Part shown: positions 16,866 to 25,231 of the stretch, piece by piece | Layout of the letters: the number at the start of each line of letters is the position of its first letter | Position numbering within the stretch: position 1 is the first letter of the stretch | Source: Nitrosococcus oceani ATCC 19707 | GTDB lineage: Bacteria; Pseudomonadota; Gammaproteobacteria; Nitrosococcales; Nitrosococcaceae | Assembly: GCF_000012805.1 (NCBI RefSeq) | Contig: NC_007484.1 | Coordinates: forward strand, 570,001 to 602,000 | DNA length: 32,000 bases | Reading direction: 5' to 3' | The notes under the pieces: generated by a model | What the model was told of the DNA's origin: nothing | The model's database searches: none | Seen by the model: the letters and a program-made list of their open reading frames with translations, nothing else | Made by a program: the position numbers and the translations under genes

Positions 16866-19800
16866 AGGCGCTCGTTGCGCACCCGACTGGCGATGATCTC
16901 GGCGGCTCGTGCTTCCTGGGGACGCCGCTGGGCGAGCTGGTCACCGAGAAATTGCGCCATGGCCTGGAGGTGGGGGCGTTGCTGAAAATAATCCGGCAGG
17001 GCCTCCCGGAGATTGTCCATGACGATCGGTGGTTCCTTCTCCCCCAAAAGTTCCTGGAGCGCCACCAGCACCTGCCCCAGGAGAGTCTCGCCGATTTCGG
17101 TTCCGGCCAGCTCCCGGGGCTTGAAATCCTGGGCTCCTTTCAGCCGGGCTCTGTTGGGTTTTAGGCTTGCCATCACCGCTTGGTAGTTGTCCACCCGGAA
17201 GGTTTTGGCGAAGTTTTGATAATTATCCAGCTTGCTGGCTCCGGTGGTTTCCAGGGCCACCATCCGCAGGTAGAAGCGCTGGATGCCACTAATCACCTCC
17301 CAAGTCGCTTTGGGCAGGCCCTCAGGGACGAGGAGGCTGTTGGCGGTTGCCGCCGCTTGCTGAACCATCTCACTCACCACCGTTTTCTCCCCCTTCCGCC
17401 GGGGACGCAGCGCCAGGCGGGTGACTTCCTCGCCGTTGATTTCCGTGTAGCCGGTGAGGACCTTCAGGGCCGCCGCGTAGCCCGCCATCTGGAGATCGGA
17501 GTCGGTGAATACGGGCGCCCCCATCTGTTCCTGAGTCCGCGCGTTAAGATGCATCATGTCCTGGATTTGGGCGTTGACTTCCTTGCGCACCTGGGGCAGA
17601 AGACGGGGGGTAAAGCCCGCCCGCTGGCCGGGCGGCCGTTTCCCCAGGAGCAGAATCACGGTGCCCTGGACATAACCGCCCTTTTTCAACTCGGAGCTGG
17701 TTTCGGTGGCAATGTACCAGGCGTTGATGACCTGGAGACCCGCCGCCCAGAAGATAGCGGCCATATCGGACCACACCCGGCTGTCCTGATGGGTAAACAT
17801 GACGCATTGACGGCCGTTATCCGGCATGTGTTCGGTCATGGCTTGGTAAGCTTCCACCATATCGCGGCGGAACTTGTCGCTAGCGCCTTGAATGGCCAGC
17901 GCCCGGCGGGAGTCCCAGATCCATTCATTGAAGGGGGCGGGCGGGTTTTTCCGCAGCCAGGCAATAAAGAACTCAGTGATTTCGTGGTAGTGAACCGCAT
18001 CCCCGTAGGGCGGATCGGTGATCCACAGATCTGCCACCGCAGTAATTGAGCGGCAATCCAACATCTCAACATAATTGGATACGTCTAATGTTTGAGATCG
18101 CCTCATAGGCAAATCGTACGCCTGCATGTGCATGTCATACGCCCGAGTCCCATAATTATAAAAGGTATTTAATGCTTGATTGTAAAAGACTTGTTGTGAC
18201 TTAGCCCAATAAGGCTCCCACCGGCATAGCCGATTATTCCAGTCAGCCGCCTTTAAAAGACAAATCGCAGATACGGGGTGTCGATGCTTGCAGAAAAGCG
18301 AAGAAATAAGTAGCTGCCGTGCATTAAACAATTGATGCCAATACCGCCAGCCGCGCTCCCGTTGAAGCCTCGTGGTCTCTTTACCCGGTTCAATGGCCAT
18401 ATCGGGCACGAGTCCTTGCTCTTGCCAGGAGGCCAGATTTTCCGCCACGATCTGCTCCACTTGTCGCTCCCGCGCCCGATCTTCTTCGGTGACCGGGGCG
18501 AAATAGGTCTGCTGCCGGGATTTCCCCAGCGTTTCCTGGGTGATCCACTGAATGGAGTAAAGGCGCTCCTGAAAGACATCCTCCGGCTGGGGCCTGAAAT
18601 CGTGCTTCTCCCACTGCCGCAGGCGGTTGCGGTTAACGCCCTGGGCGTCTCGATAGTCGCCCCGCAGGGTTTTGATGGAGGTGCGGTAGGTTTTCCCTTC
18701 CAGCGTATACACCATCTGCCCCTGCTGGACCGTGCCTTGCTCAGCGGCTGCCATCTCCTCTGGGGAAGCGCCGCTGACAATGTCAATTTCAAAGCGTTTT
18801 TCCCGCGGATTTGGAATCAGCTTGGCATAAACCTGGCGGGTTTTAGAAATCACCCAACTGGGCGCTAGAGGCACCTGCCAGCCGGTTTCCGGGCAGCGAG
18901 TCTCCAGACAATACAAATAGGCTTTCGCTCGATCGCCTTGGCTGTTGTGCTCAATGCCGAGGGCGGTGATTTCCTGGTTCACCGCTGCGGCCACCGCTTG
19001 CTGGGCCTGGGCGATCTCATCTCGCCGCTCAGGGGAAGCGCCAATAATATTGAGCGCTCCCCAGGTGAGCATGCAGGCAATGGGGTTAAGATCCGAGGCA
19101 TACACCTCGCAGCCCAGGCGGGCGGCCTCGAAGGGAATGGAACCGCTGCCGCAGAAGGTGTCTCCCACCCGGGGCCGGTGCCCAAAGCGAAGCATACCCA
19201 ACTGGGCTACCAGCTCTTCGTGGCTATGGGCCTGGACGCCAAAGCGCCCCAGATGTTGATTGACGGAGTCCCAGATGGGGCCGTAGAGGGTTGCCGGATC
19301 GCACTCCTCCGGTCGCTTGCAAAGGGCCACTTTGTCCGGGTAGGGCAGCTCCTTTAGGGCCGCCGCCAGCAGTGTTTGCTTGTCCGCCAGGGGAATAGCC
19401 CGCTTCCAGCGCAGGGACAGCCCGGGGATGTCCCCGGCCCGGAGGGGAAAGGTCAGCTCCTCTATTTTCGTAGGCTCAACCGTCGCGTCCTTGAAACTAT
19501 AATCGAAATAATCCCAGGGACGGGGCAGCGTGATTCTTGCCGCCACCTGGGCCGCGCTTAGTTTTGGTTCCCGCCGCCCGAAGGACGCCTCATCCAGGGC
19601 CATCAATTGCTCGAAGATCGCTAAATCCGTTTCTGGATCATCCGTGGCGGGAAGTAACGAACCCAGAATAAGAGCCCGCACCAGGATGAGGGGCTTGCGG
19701 CCTTTCCAGTAGGAGCCCAGGGCGGTGAGGGTTTTCCCCGAACCGGCCTTTCTTTCCTTCTGGGCTTCGGCGGAAATCTTCTGGGCCGGGAAGACCCGCT

Positions 19801-19873
19801 CCAGGAGGGCGGGGGTATTCTTGAGCGGCGGTGCCTCAAGGCATAGCGTCTGCTCCTGTTGGGGGGCTAACAT
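16862..19873 (-). CDS. DUF1156-type DNA methyltransferase (amino-methyltransferase with DPPY motif)
   Basis: The N-terminus FPAQKISAEAQKERKAG...YWKGRKPLILVRALILGSLLP resembles the DUF1156 region. SAM-binding motif I DTFCGSGSIPFEAARLGCEVYASDLNP. Catalytic motif IV WITDPPYGDAV. 1003 aa, ATG at 19873 with GGAGA RBS. Confidence 0.9.
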   Translation of the reverse strand: MLAPQQEQTLCLEAPPLKNTPALLERVFPAQKISAEAQKERKAGSGKTLTALGSYWKGRKPLILVRALILGSLLPATDDPETDLAIFEQLMALDEASFGRREPKLSAAQVAARITLPRPWDYFDYSFKDATVEPTKIEELTFPLRAGDIPGLSLRWKRAIPLADKQTLLAAALKELPYPDKVALCKRPEECDPATLYGPIWDSVNQHLGRFGVQAHSHEELVAQLGMLRFGHRPRVGDTFCGSGSIPFEAARLGCEVYASDLNPIACMLTWGALNIIGASPERRDEIAQAQQAVAAAVNQEITALGIEHNSQGDRAKAYLYCLETRCPETGWQVPLAPSWVISKTRQVYAKLIPNPREKRFEIDIVSGASPEEMAAAEQGTVQQGQMVYTLEGKTYRTSIKTLRGDYRDAQGVNRNRLRQWEKHDFRPQPEDVFQERLYSIQWITQETLGKSRQQTYFAPVTEEDRARERQVEQIVAENLASWQEQGLVPDMAIEPGKETTRLQRERGWRYWHQLFNARQLLISSLFCKHRHPVSAICLLKAADWNNRLCRWEPYWAKSQQVFYNQALNTFYNYGTRAYDMHMQAYDLPMRRSQTLDVSNYVEMLDCRSITAVADLWITDPPYGDAVHYHEITEFFIAWLRKNPPAPFNEWIWDSRRALAIQGASDKFRRDMVEAYQAMTEHMPDNGRQCVMFTHQDSRVWSDMAAIFWAAGLQVINAWYIATETSSELKKGGYVQGTVILLLGKRPPGQRAGFTPRLLPQVRKEVNAQIQDMMHLNARTQEQMGAPVFTDSDLQMAGYAAALKVLTGYTEINGEEVTRLALRPRRKGEKTVVSEMVQQAAATANSLLVPEGLPKATWEVISGIQRFYLRMVALETTGASKLDNYQNFAKTFRVDNYQAVMASLKPNRARLKGAQDFKPRELAGTEIGETLLGQVLVALQELLGEKEPPIVMDNLREALPDYFQQRPHLQAMAQFLGDQLAQRRPQEARAAEIIASRVRNERL

Positions 19874-19896
19874 AGCTATCGTTTCTCCAAAAAAAT

Positions 19897-20511
19897 TTAG
19901 TCAAACAAATCGGGGGTTTTCGTGTTCTTGTCCGCGGCTTTGGGTGTGCCGGTGGGGAGCAAAGTGGCCTGGGGAAGGTCGGCAAGGGCGTAGCGCAAGG
20001 CCCGACGCCAGCCTCTCCTGCTATCCTGGAGGCCGCCCGTGGCTATGGCGGTCATCCCGAACAGCCACCAGCGTTCCTCGGGCCGGAGCGCCAGCCAGTT
20101 GCGAACAGCCAGACCGGTTTGCTCGGGACTTGCCTCCTCGATGGCCCAGGCCAGTACGCACAGCTCCTTGCCAAGCAAGCGATCCACCGGATTCTCGCCC
20201 ATCTTCCACCGACCGGGTGCGAGCTTTTGCCGCCTTAGCCGGTGGTTGAAGGCACGCTTGACCTCGTTGGCGATGGCCGTCCAGCGGCGGCGTTCCAGGC
20301 ACACCCGATCAAGTACGGCGCTGTCTTCTCGCCCGGCTTGTATGCCCAGGCACTCGCGGATGAGCACCGGCTGTTTGGTGCCCCGGGGGATGGTGACCTG
20401 ATAATGATGGGGGTCCAGGGTGGTGGGCACCCCGAATCCCAGGGTCCGGTGGGCATAACGGCGAGGGGATTGGCGGCTCATGGGCGGGATCTTTTGGGCA
20501 GTAGTTTTCAT
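19897..20511 (-). CDS. Small conserved-position protein (DUF3780-like by gene context; function unknown)
   Basis: ATG at 20511 overlaps the upstream stop (ATGA, 20508-20511). About 204 aa with no catalytic motif I can recognise. It occupies the slot where DUF3780 proteins sit in DUF1156/DUF499 clusters as I remember them. Confidence 0.5.
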   Translation of the reverse strand: MKTTAQKIPPMSRQSPRRYAHRTLGFGVPTTLDPHHYQVTIPRGTKQPVLIRECLGIQAGREDSAVLDRVCLERRRWTAIANEVKRAFNHRLRRQKLAPGRWKMGENPVDRLLGKELCVLAWAIEEASPEQTGLAVRNWLALRPEERWWLFGMTAIATGGLQDSRRGWRRALRYALADLPQATLLPTGTPKAADKNTKTPDLFD

Positions 20512-21963
20512 TGGAGCACCACCTCCGGGCTTAGCTTCAATTGGCAAAGCTCGGCAAAGCGCTTGAGCTCGTAACCGTTGCGGAAGTGGCCTCCTTCCCG
20601 GATGGTGATCTGCACCGATGCCTGGTCATCGCCAATGGCCTGGCGCAGGGCGCGGACGGACTGTTCGATGACCGCCGCGGTCACCGGGCGGGCGTTGAAT
20701 TTTAGGATCACGGCTTCCTCGTTCTCGCCGATAATAACCTGGACCCCCTTGAACTGGGTAGTGTCATCCTCCCGGAAAGCTTGGATGAGGTTAAAAGTCT
20801 TTTCAGTGGTATCGATGGTGAGCCGCGGAATGCGAAGATAGGCAGGCTGCCCATCATTAATCTGCGGCTGGTTATTACCTAGCGCCGAAAGTTTAATAGT
20901 TTCCTGGGCTTCGGCCTCACCGGCGCGGGCATAAACTTGCAATATCGCCCCTTCCGGCGGCGCCGGGAAAAGCCCTTCGTAAAGCTGGCCTTTCTTGGGG
21001 TTGGCCCCATTGAGGGTAAAGCGGAGGATGGCGGCCGTGGGAACCACTCGCAGTTCTACCTTGCAGCCTTCGGCGGTGGTTCGAACTTGGTGCCGAATCA
21101 CCAGCCGGTTGTTCCAGCGTACGGGCTCGCCGGTTGAGTGCTCGCCTGCGGGGTCCACCGCCAGAAAGTAAAGGGTGGCTTCCTGGGTGCGGAAGTTATC
21201 CAAATCAGAGACCACCGGGTCCTCCATGGAGATCTGGGCCTGGGGGCTGTAGTGAACCTGGGGATTAGATCCCGCATGGCGGGGTGTGAGGGTCAAAGTG
21301 GCCTCGCCTGTGTCTCGATCCGTGCCCTGTACCGTGATGTTGACTGTGGTTTTTTCCTTGGGGAAGGGGCCTTTCTCCAGGTAGCCGTCCGTCCCTTCCC
21401 GCCAGCGGCCTTGCTCCAGGGCCAGGGATTTAAGGGTATCGAGTCCCTTGAGGCCCGGCATCCAGGGCCAAGCGGGATTGGTTTTGGCCCGCAGCAACAC
21501 ATCCGCCAGGGTGCCGCCGCCCACCGGCACAGTGTGGGCCATATGCAGATAAGGGGGCAGTTCATCTAGCATGATGAGGGTGGGATCATCGCCAATGAGG
21601 GATTTCCAGTCGGATTCGGCTACCGCTTTGGGACCATTGATCCAGAATTTCTTCTTCCGGCACAATCTCCTGGCGCCGCGCCGGATGTTTAGCTAGCAGT
21701 CCGAGGGCGATCATCAGGTGGGTTTTACCCCCGCCCATGGCCTGGGCCAGCTCGAAGACCGCTTAATCGGATTTTCCCCCCAACCGCAGCAGTCCCTCTC
21801 GAAAGAGGCCATTCATGCCCCGGGTGATATGGTTTTTTTCAAAGAAGGCGGCCCCATCGCCTTCATCGCCGATAAGATCGGCCAAATTCTCAATGGCGTC
21901 GGTCATGGTGTAGTCGAGTGCCAAGGGGTGAAGCTGGCAGGCGTCGCGGATGGTTTTTAGCAT
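20508..21963 (-). pseudogene. DUF499-type P-loop ATPase gene, disrupted (in-frame TAA plus frameshift; shorter than expected)
   Basis: ATG 21963 gives MLKTIRDACQLHP...FFEKNHITRGMNGLFREGLLRLGGKSD, then TAA (21763-21765). The same frame continues AVFELAQAMGGGKTHLMIALGLL (Walker A) and stops at 21587-21589. The Walker-B-like TLIMLDELPPYL and the remaining 385 aa are in another frame that is open only from 21692 downward. Confidence 0.6.
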
Positions 21964-22100
21964 GGGTTTTCCCTGATAAGCACTTTTCTGCAAATTGATA
22001 CACTGTGTGCTATATCGGCGGGAGGCGGGCGGCTATGAGCGTGCGGTGAACTGAGCCTATAGTGGTTTCCCTTTAGCTAGCATCTGAACAAGGCCATGGC

Positions 22101-24401
22101 TCACCACTTATTATTTTTCCGATAAGCACCGCTTTCAATCCAGTCTGCAAGGATTTTAAGCTGCGCGGCGTTAAGGCAGGCTTGCTTGGGTGCTACGGTG
22201 CCGTAGTCGATATCGTCGGTGCGGCTGGCATCGGTGCGTCCATCCAAACGTTCTCCAGCGCTGCGCCAGTACAGGAGACTCTCGCGGGCAAACAACCAGT
22301 TGATAAAGTAGCTCCGCCACGGTGGCTTTGCGGCCCCTTTGGCGTAATGGGTAAAGTTATTAAAAGCTTTTTCCTCGGTGGAGGCTGAAAGGTTAAACTC
22401 GGGAAAGTTTTCATCGCAATTGTCACGCAACAGGGGCCAGACATCCGTGGTCCAATTCAACAGCGTTCCGCTTGCGGGGACTGGGGTGGGGGCCACTTTG
22501 GCCGCCTCTGAGTCCTTGAACTGAGGGGGGTTGTCGTCGTCGTGGTTGTGGCACCCCGAGCAGGTACGGGTTTCACCGGGCCGCAGAGACATGGCGATCT
22601 TGTCTCTGGCGAGCGTTCTGCCTTCGCTATCGACTCCAGCCATATAGAACGGGGTATCGCAAGGCACTTCAGCGGTAAATGAACCATCAGACCGTAATGG
22701 AACCGTGCCGAGCACTTCCATCCTGAATGGACCAAATCCATCAAAATCCTGATGCAAAACCCGTGAATTGAACGGAACGGGCCGCCAGAACTTGATGCTT
22801 GTCATGAGCGCTTGCTTATCCACGCCCGCCATGGAACAGCCTTGTTCATAACACGGATTAGCGTTGCCGGGGCCGCGATAGCCCTGTTCATTGTCTACTT
22901 GCATCCGCTTGCTAGCCGAGCGCAGGATGCATTTGCCGTCCGGGTTGGGATGGTCCATCTTTACCACTGGCGGCTTCTTAATGCCGTAAATATCCTCGTA
23001 GGGCATCACGGGCTGAGGTTGGAACTCGTGCCAGTCGGGGCTATTGACGATAAGGATACGGCTTTCCAGGCTTTTCTCTGGCACGGTGCCTTGTACATAG
23101 ATACCGAAATCACAGCCGCTATCATTGAGCGGTAGCTGGGCAATTTTATGGAAGAAATGGCACACGCCTTTTGGGCTGGCGGAAAACACCAGCCCCCCTT
23201 TAGGCATCCCCATGGGATCGCGGGTGCGCCCCAGCCCATCGGTTTTGAACTGATCGCCGGAATGCCCCCACAACCCTAAATATCTTCCCTCTTTGGCCTT
23301 GAAAGGGAATTTGCCCTCGGGATGATTCGGGGTGGGATAGGTAAAGCACTGAATGTTACCGCCGCCTTTATTATTTTGGCGATAATAGTTCGTCGTACAC
23401 ACGTCCCCATTGCTACGCACGCCCGTAAAATGAAGGGCTTTAATGGTGATATTGTCTGGGTTAGGGAGAAACCGCGCATGGGCGCCCCAGATAGCATTAT
23501 GCTCCGAACCATCTTGCCGGGTTTCGGCGATATACCACAGATTATCCAGGGTTTTGTTCTGAACGCTTTCCAAGTCCCGCTTCCAGCTTGAAAAAAGCAC
23601 CTTACCAGAAGGATGAAGGATGGGATGGAGCGCATCGGCGAGAATGTCCGGACTGACGTTACGGGCGTGGCTGCCATTTCTGTCCGCCACCCACAACTGC
23701 AAGACTTCCCCTTCCGGGCTAAAGCCGCTGATGCTTCCTGCTTTGATATGGTCCCGGTTGGAGGTAAACATCAGGGTGCCATCGGGCAACCATTGTGGGG
23801 CCATATCAAATACCCCTTGCACGGCTGCCCATTGGGTCTTTTCCATCGTTTCGAGATTGACGAAATGAAGGGAGGACTTCTGCGCATCAATCCCATGCTG
23901 CATTTTCACATCAGGGTTGGTCCCATACCGACCCTCCAGCACCGTATAGGCCACTTGCTTGCCGTCGAAGCTCACTCGCGGGTCAATCACAATACATGTG
24001 TTCTCACCTAGCGCGACTTCCGGGCAATGGTGGAGGATAACTTCCGTGCCATCGCCCTTCCGCCAGACCAAATCGCCGGGGCCGGTCAAAAAGTCCCCGG
24101 TTGTGCCTTGAAAGGTGACATCAATCAGCCGGTCGGTAGCAGAAATAGAGTGATAGGTTTTCCCCTTGACGACAAAATTCCCCGTCGTGCGCTTCACTCT
24201 CGCGTACACAAAGCCGTCAATGGCGGCGGCGAGGTGCTCCTCGGCTTCCAGTGCGCTTGAGCGCGCCTTGAGGTCCAGGCTTTTGGACTCTTGCGCCGAA
24301 ATTTGGCTTTCAATGGATGTCAATTTCGTCGGTTCAGTCACGGTGACTTCGGCCATGGCGGGAAACGCAACAATGGCAAGTAAACAGAATGTTTTTTTCA
24401 T
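22101..24401 (-). CDS. Secreted TolB/PD40-like beta-propeller protein with a single c-type haem motif (CSGCH)
   Basis: Signal peptide MKKTFCLLAIVAFPAMA. PD40-like repeats (PRVSFDGKQVAYTV, PQWLPDGTLMFTSNRD, LHPSGKVLFSSW). RPGETRTCSGCHNHDDD with the CXXCH codons at 22548-22562. About 145 aa of C-terminal tail of unknown fold. Confidence 0.75.
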   Translation of the reverse strand: MKKTFCLLAIVAFPAMAEVTVTEPTKLTSIESQISAQESKSLDLKARSSALEAEEHLAAAIDGFVYARVKRTTGNFVVKGKTYHSISATDRLIDVTFQGTTGDFLTGPGDLVWRKGDGTEVILHHCPEVALGENTCIVIDPRVSFDGKQVAYTVLEGRYGTNPDVKMQHGIDAQKSSLHFVNLETMEKTQWAAVQGVFDMAPQWLPDGTLMFTSNRDHIKAGSISGFSPEGEVLQLWVADRNGSHARNVSPDILADALHPILHPSGKVLFSSWKRDLESVQNKTLDNLWYIAETRQDGSEHNAIWGAHARFLPNPDNITIKALHFTGVRSNGDVCTTNYYRQNNKGGGNIQCFTYPTPNHPEGKFPFKAKEGRYLGLWGHSGDQFKTDGLGRTRDPMGMPKGGLVFSASPKGVCHFFHKIAQLPLNDSGCDFGIYVQGTVPEKSLESRILIVNSPDWHEFQPQPVMPYEDIYGIKKPPVVKMDHPNPDGKCILRSASKRMQVDNEQGYRGPGNANPCYEQGCSMAGVDKQALMTSIKFWRPVPFNSRVLHQDFDGFGPFRMEVLGTVPLRSDGSFTAEVPCDTPFYMAGVDSEGRTLARDKIAMSLRPGETRTCSGCHNHDDDNPPQFKDSEAAKVAPTPVPASGTLLNWTTDVWPLLRDNCDENFPEFNLSASTEEKAFNNFTHYAKGAAKPPWRSYFINWLFARESLLYWRSAGERLDGRTDASRTDDIDYGTVAPKQACLNAAQLKILADWIESGAYRKNNKW

Positions 24402-25003
24402 AGCTATTTAGGCCATTCGGGGGAGATTTCAGCTATTGGTTGTCCACTTGTGACCGGCCTGCCGCTTCTTTTCGTGTCGCTTTGAAGGGGAGCTTCTAAG
24501 GCTACGCAGTCATTCGTGCGTTGCTCCTATCCTCCGGCCACCGTCTATATATAGTACTTTTTCTTCCAGTTGGGGTTCAAAGACTGTTGTTCTCCCGGCG
24601 TTCGCCGCCTTTTAGTAGGAATGCTGAAAAAAAGTGCTAAACCGATGCCGATAATAGGGCGGGCGGACCGAGTGCGGGAAAAGTTGGGCTGTGGACACCG
24701 GGTTATCTCAATAGCGCATCGGGGAGAGGCCCAAAGGGGTGCACTGGTGCGCCCTTCGAGCGGCTGGCCGCACGGCATGATGCTTTCCGTGCTTATAAAT
24801 TTACTTGCTGAGATGGCAGTGCGATTCAACCTGCTTAGAAGCCGGTAGTTTGAGGAGTTCGGCGGGGGAGAATAACTGAGAGGGTATAGGGGAATAGATG
24901 GCTTTGCTTATTCAAAAGAATTGCGTATTTCGTGCGCTACAGTAAGACCCACTTAAACAACCCAATCTACTTGCAATTGAATCAATAGCTTATGGTTAAT
25001 TAA

Positions 25004-25095
25004 TGGCGGAGAGGGCGGGATTCGAACCCGCGTGGGCTGCAATAGCCCCGACCGATTTCGAGTCGGTGCCGTTATGACCGCTTCGGTACCTCTCC
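25004..25095 (-). tRNA. tRNA-Ser (anticodon CGA), class II with long variable arm, encoded CCA
   Basis: Minus strand: GGAGAGG-TA-CCG..CGG-C-ACCGA-CTCGAAA-TCGGT-(19-nt variable arm)-GCGGG-TTCGAAT-CCCGC-CCTCTCC-G-CCA. 7-bp acceptor stem, T-loop TTCGAAT, anticodon loop CU-CGA-AA, discriminator G. Confidence 0.9.
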
Positions 25096-25100
25096 TATTG

Positions 25101-25126
25101 CCCCTATAGGATACCTGCTATAGGGG
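25101..25126. other. Perfect 9-bp hairpin 5 nt upstream of the tRNA-Ser 5' end
   Basis: CCCCTATAG-gatacctg-CTATAGGGG. No U-run on either strand, so it is not a canonical terminator. It may be a processing or insulating element between dsbA and the tRNA. Confidence 0.3.
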
Positions 25127-25231
25127 ATCACGCCAAGAAATAGGCATAAAACAGCAGTAAGATGGTGTCTTCTTCTACTACTCCCAGGATTTATTGCTAG
25201 CTAGAGACAGCAGCGTAAGCAAAACAGAGAG

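Noticed and set aside
17180-18049. A 289-aa plus-strand ORF, plus many other 60-180-aa ORFs on both strands between 14.1 and 21.7 kb (for example 18253-18792, 18332-18868, 19725-20249, 15335-15772)
   Set aside because: They lie entirely antisense or out of frame within the long motif-bearing helicase, methylase and ATPase genes. Their translations are Arg/Pro/Gly-rich and low-complexity, as expected for stop-poor alternative frames in GC-rich DNA.
14133-21963. Classifying the methylase/helicase/ATPase operon as DISARM, BREX or a classical type I/III R-M system
   Set aside because: There is no DUF1998-containing DrmA/DrmB pair, no PglZ phosphatase or BrxL/Lon-like gene, and no HsdS specificity subunit or Res subunit. 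The PLD domain is fused to the SNF2 helicase rather than being a separate gene. The gene set fits the DUF1156/DUF499 association better.
24545-24848. Two mutually overlapping ORFs of about 92-94 aa on opposite strands between the haem-propeller gene and tRNA-Ser
   Set aside because: Neither has a recognisable domain, an RBS or codon-usage support, and they exclude each other. The region is left unassigned (possible gene remnant or untranslated DNA).
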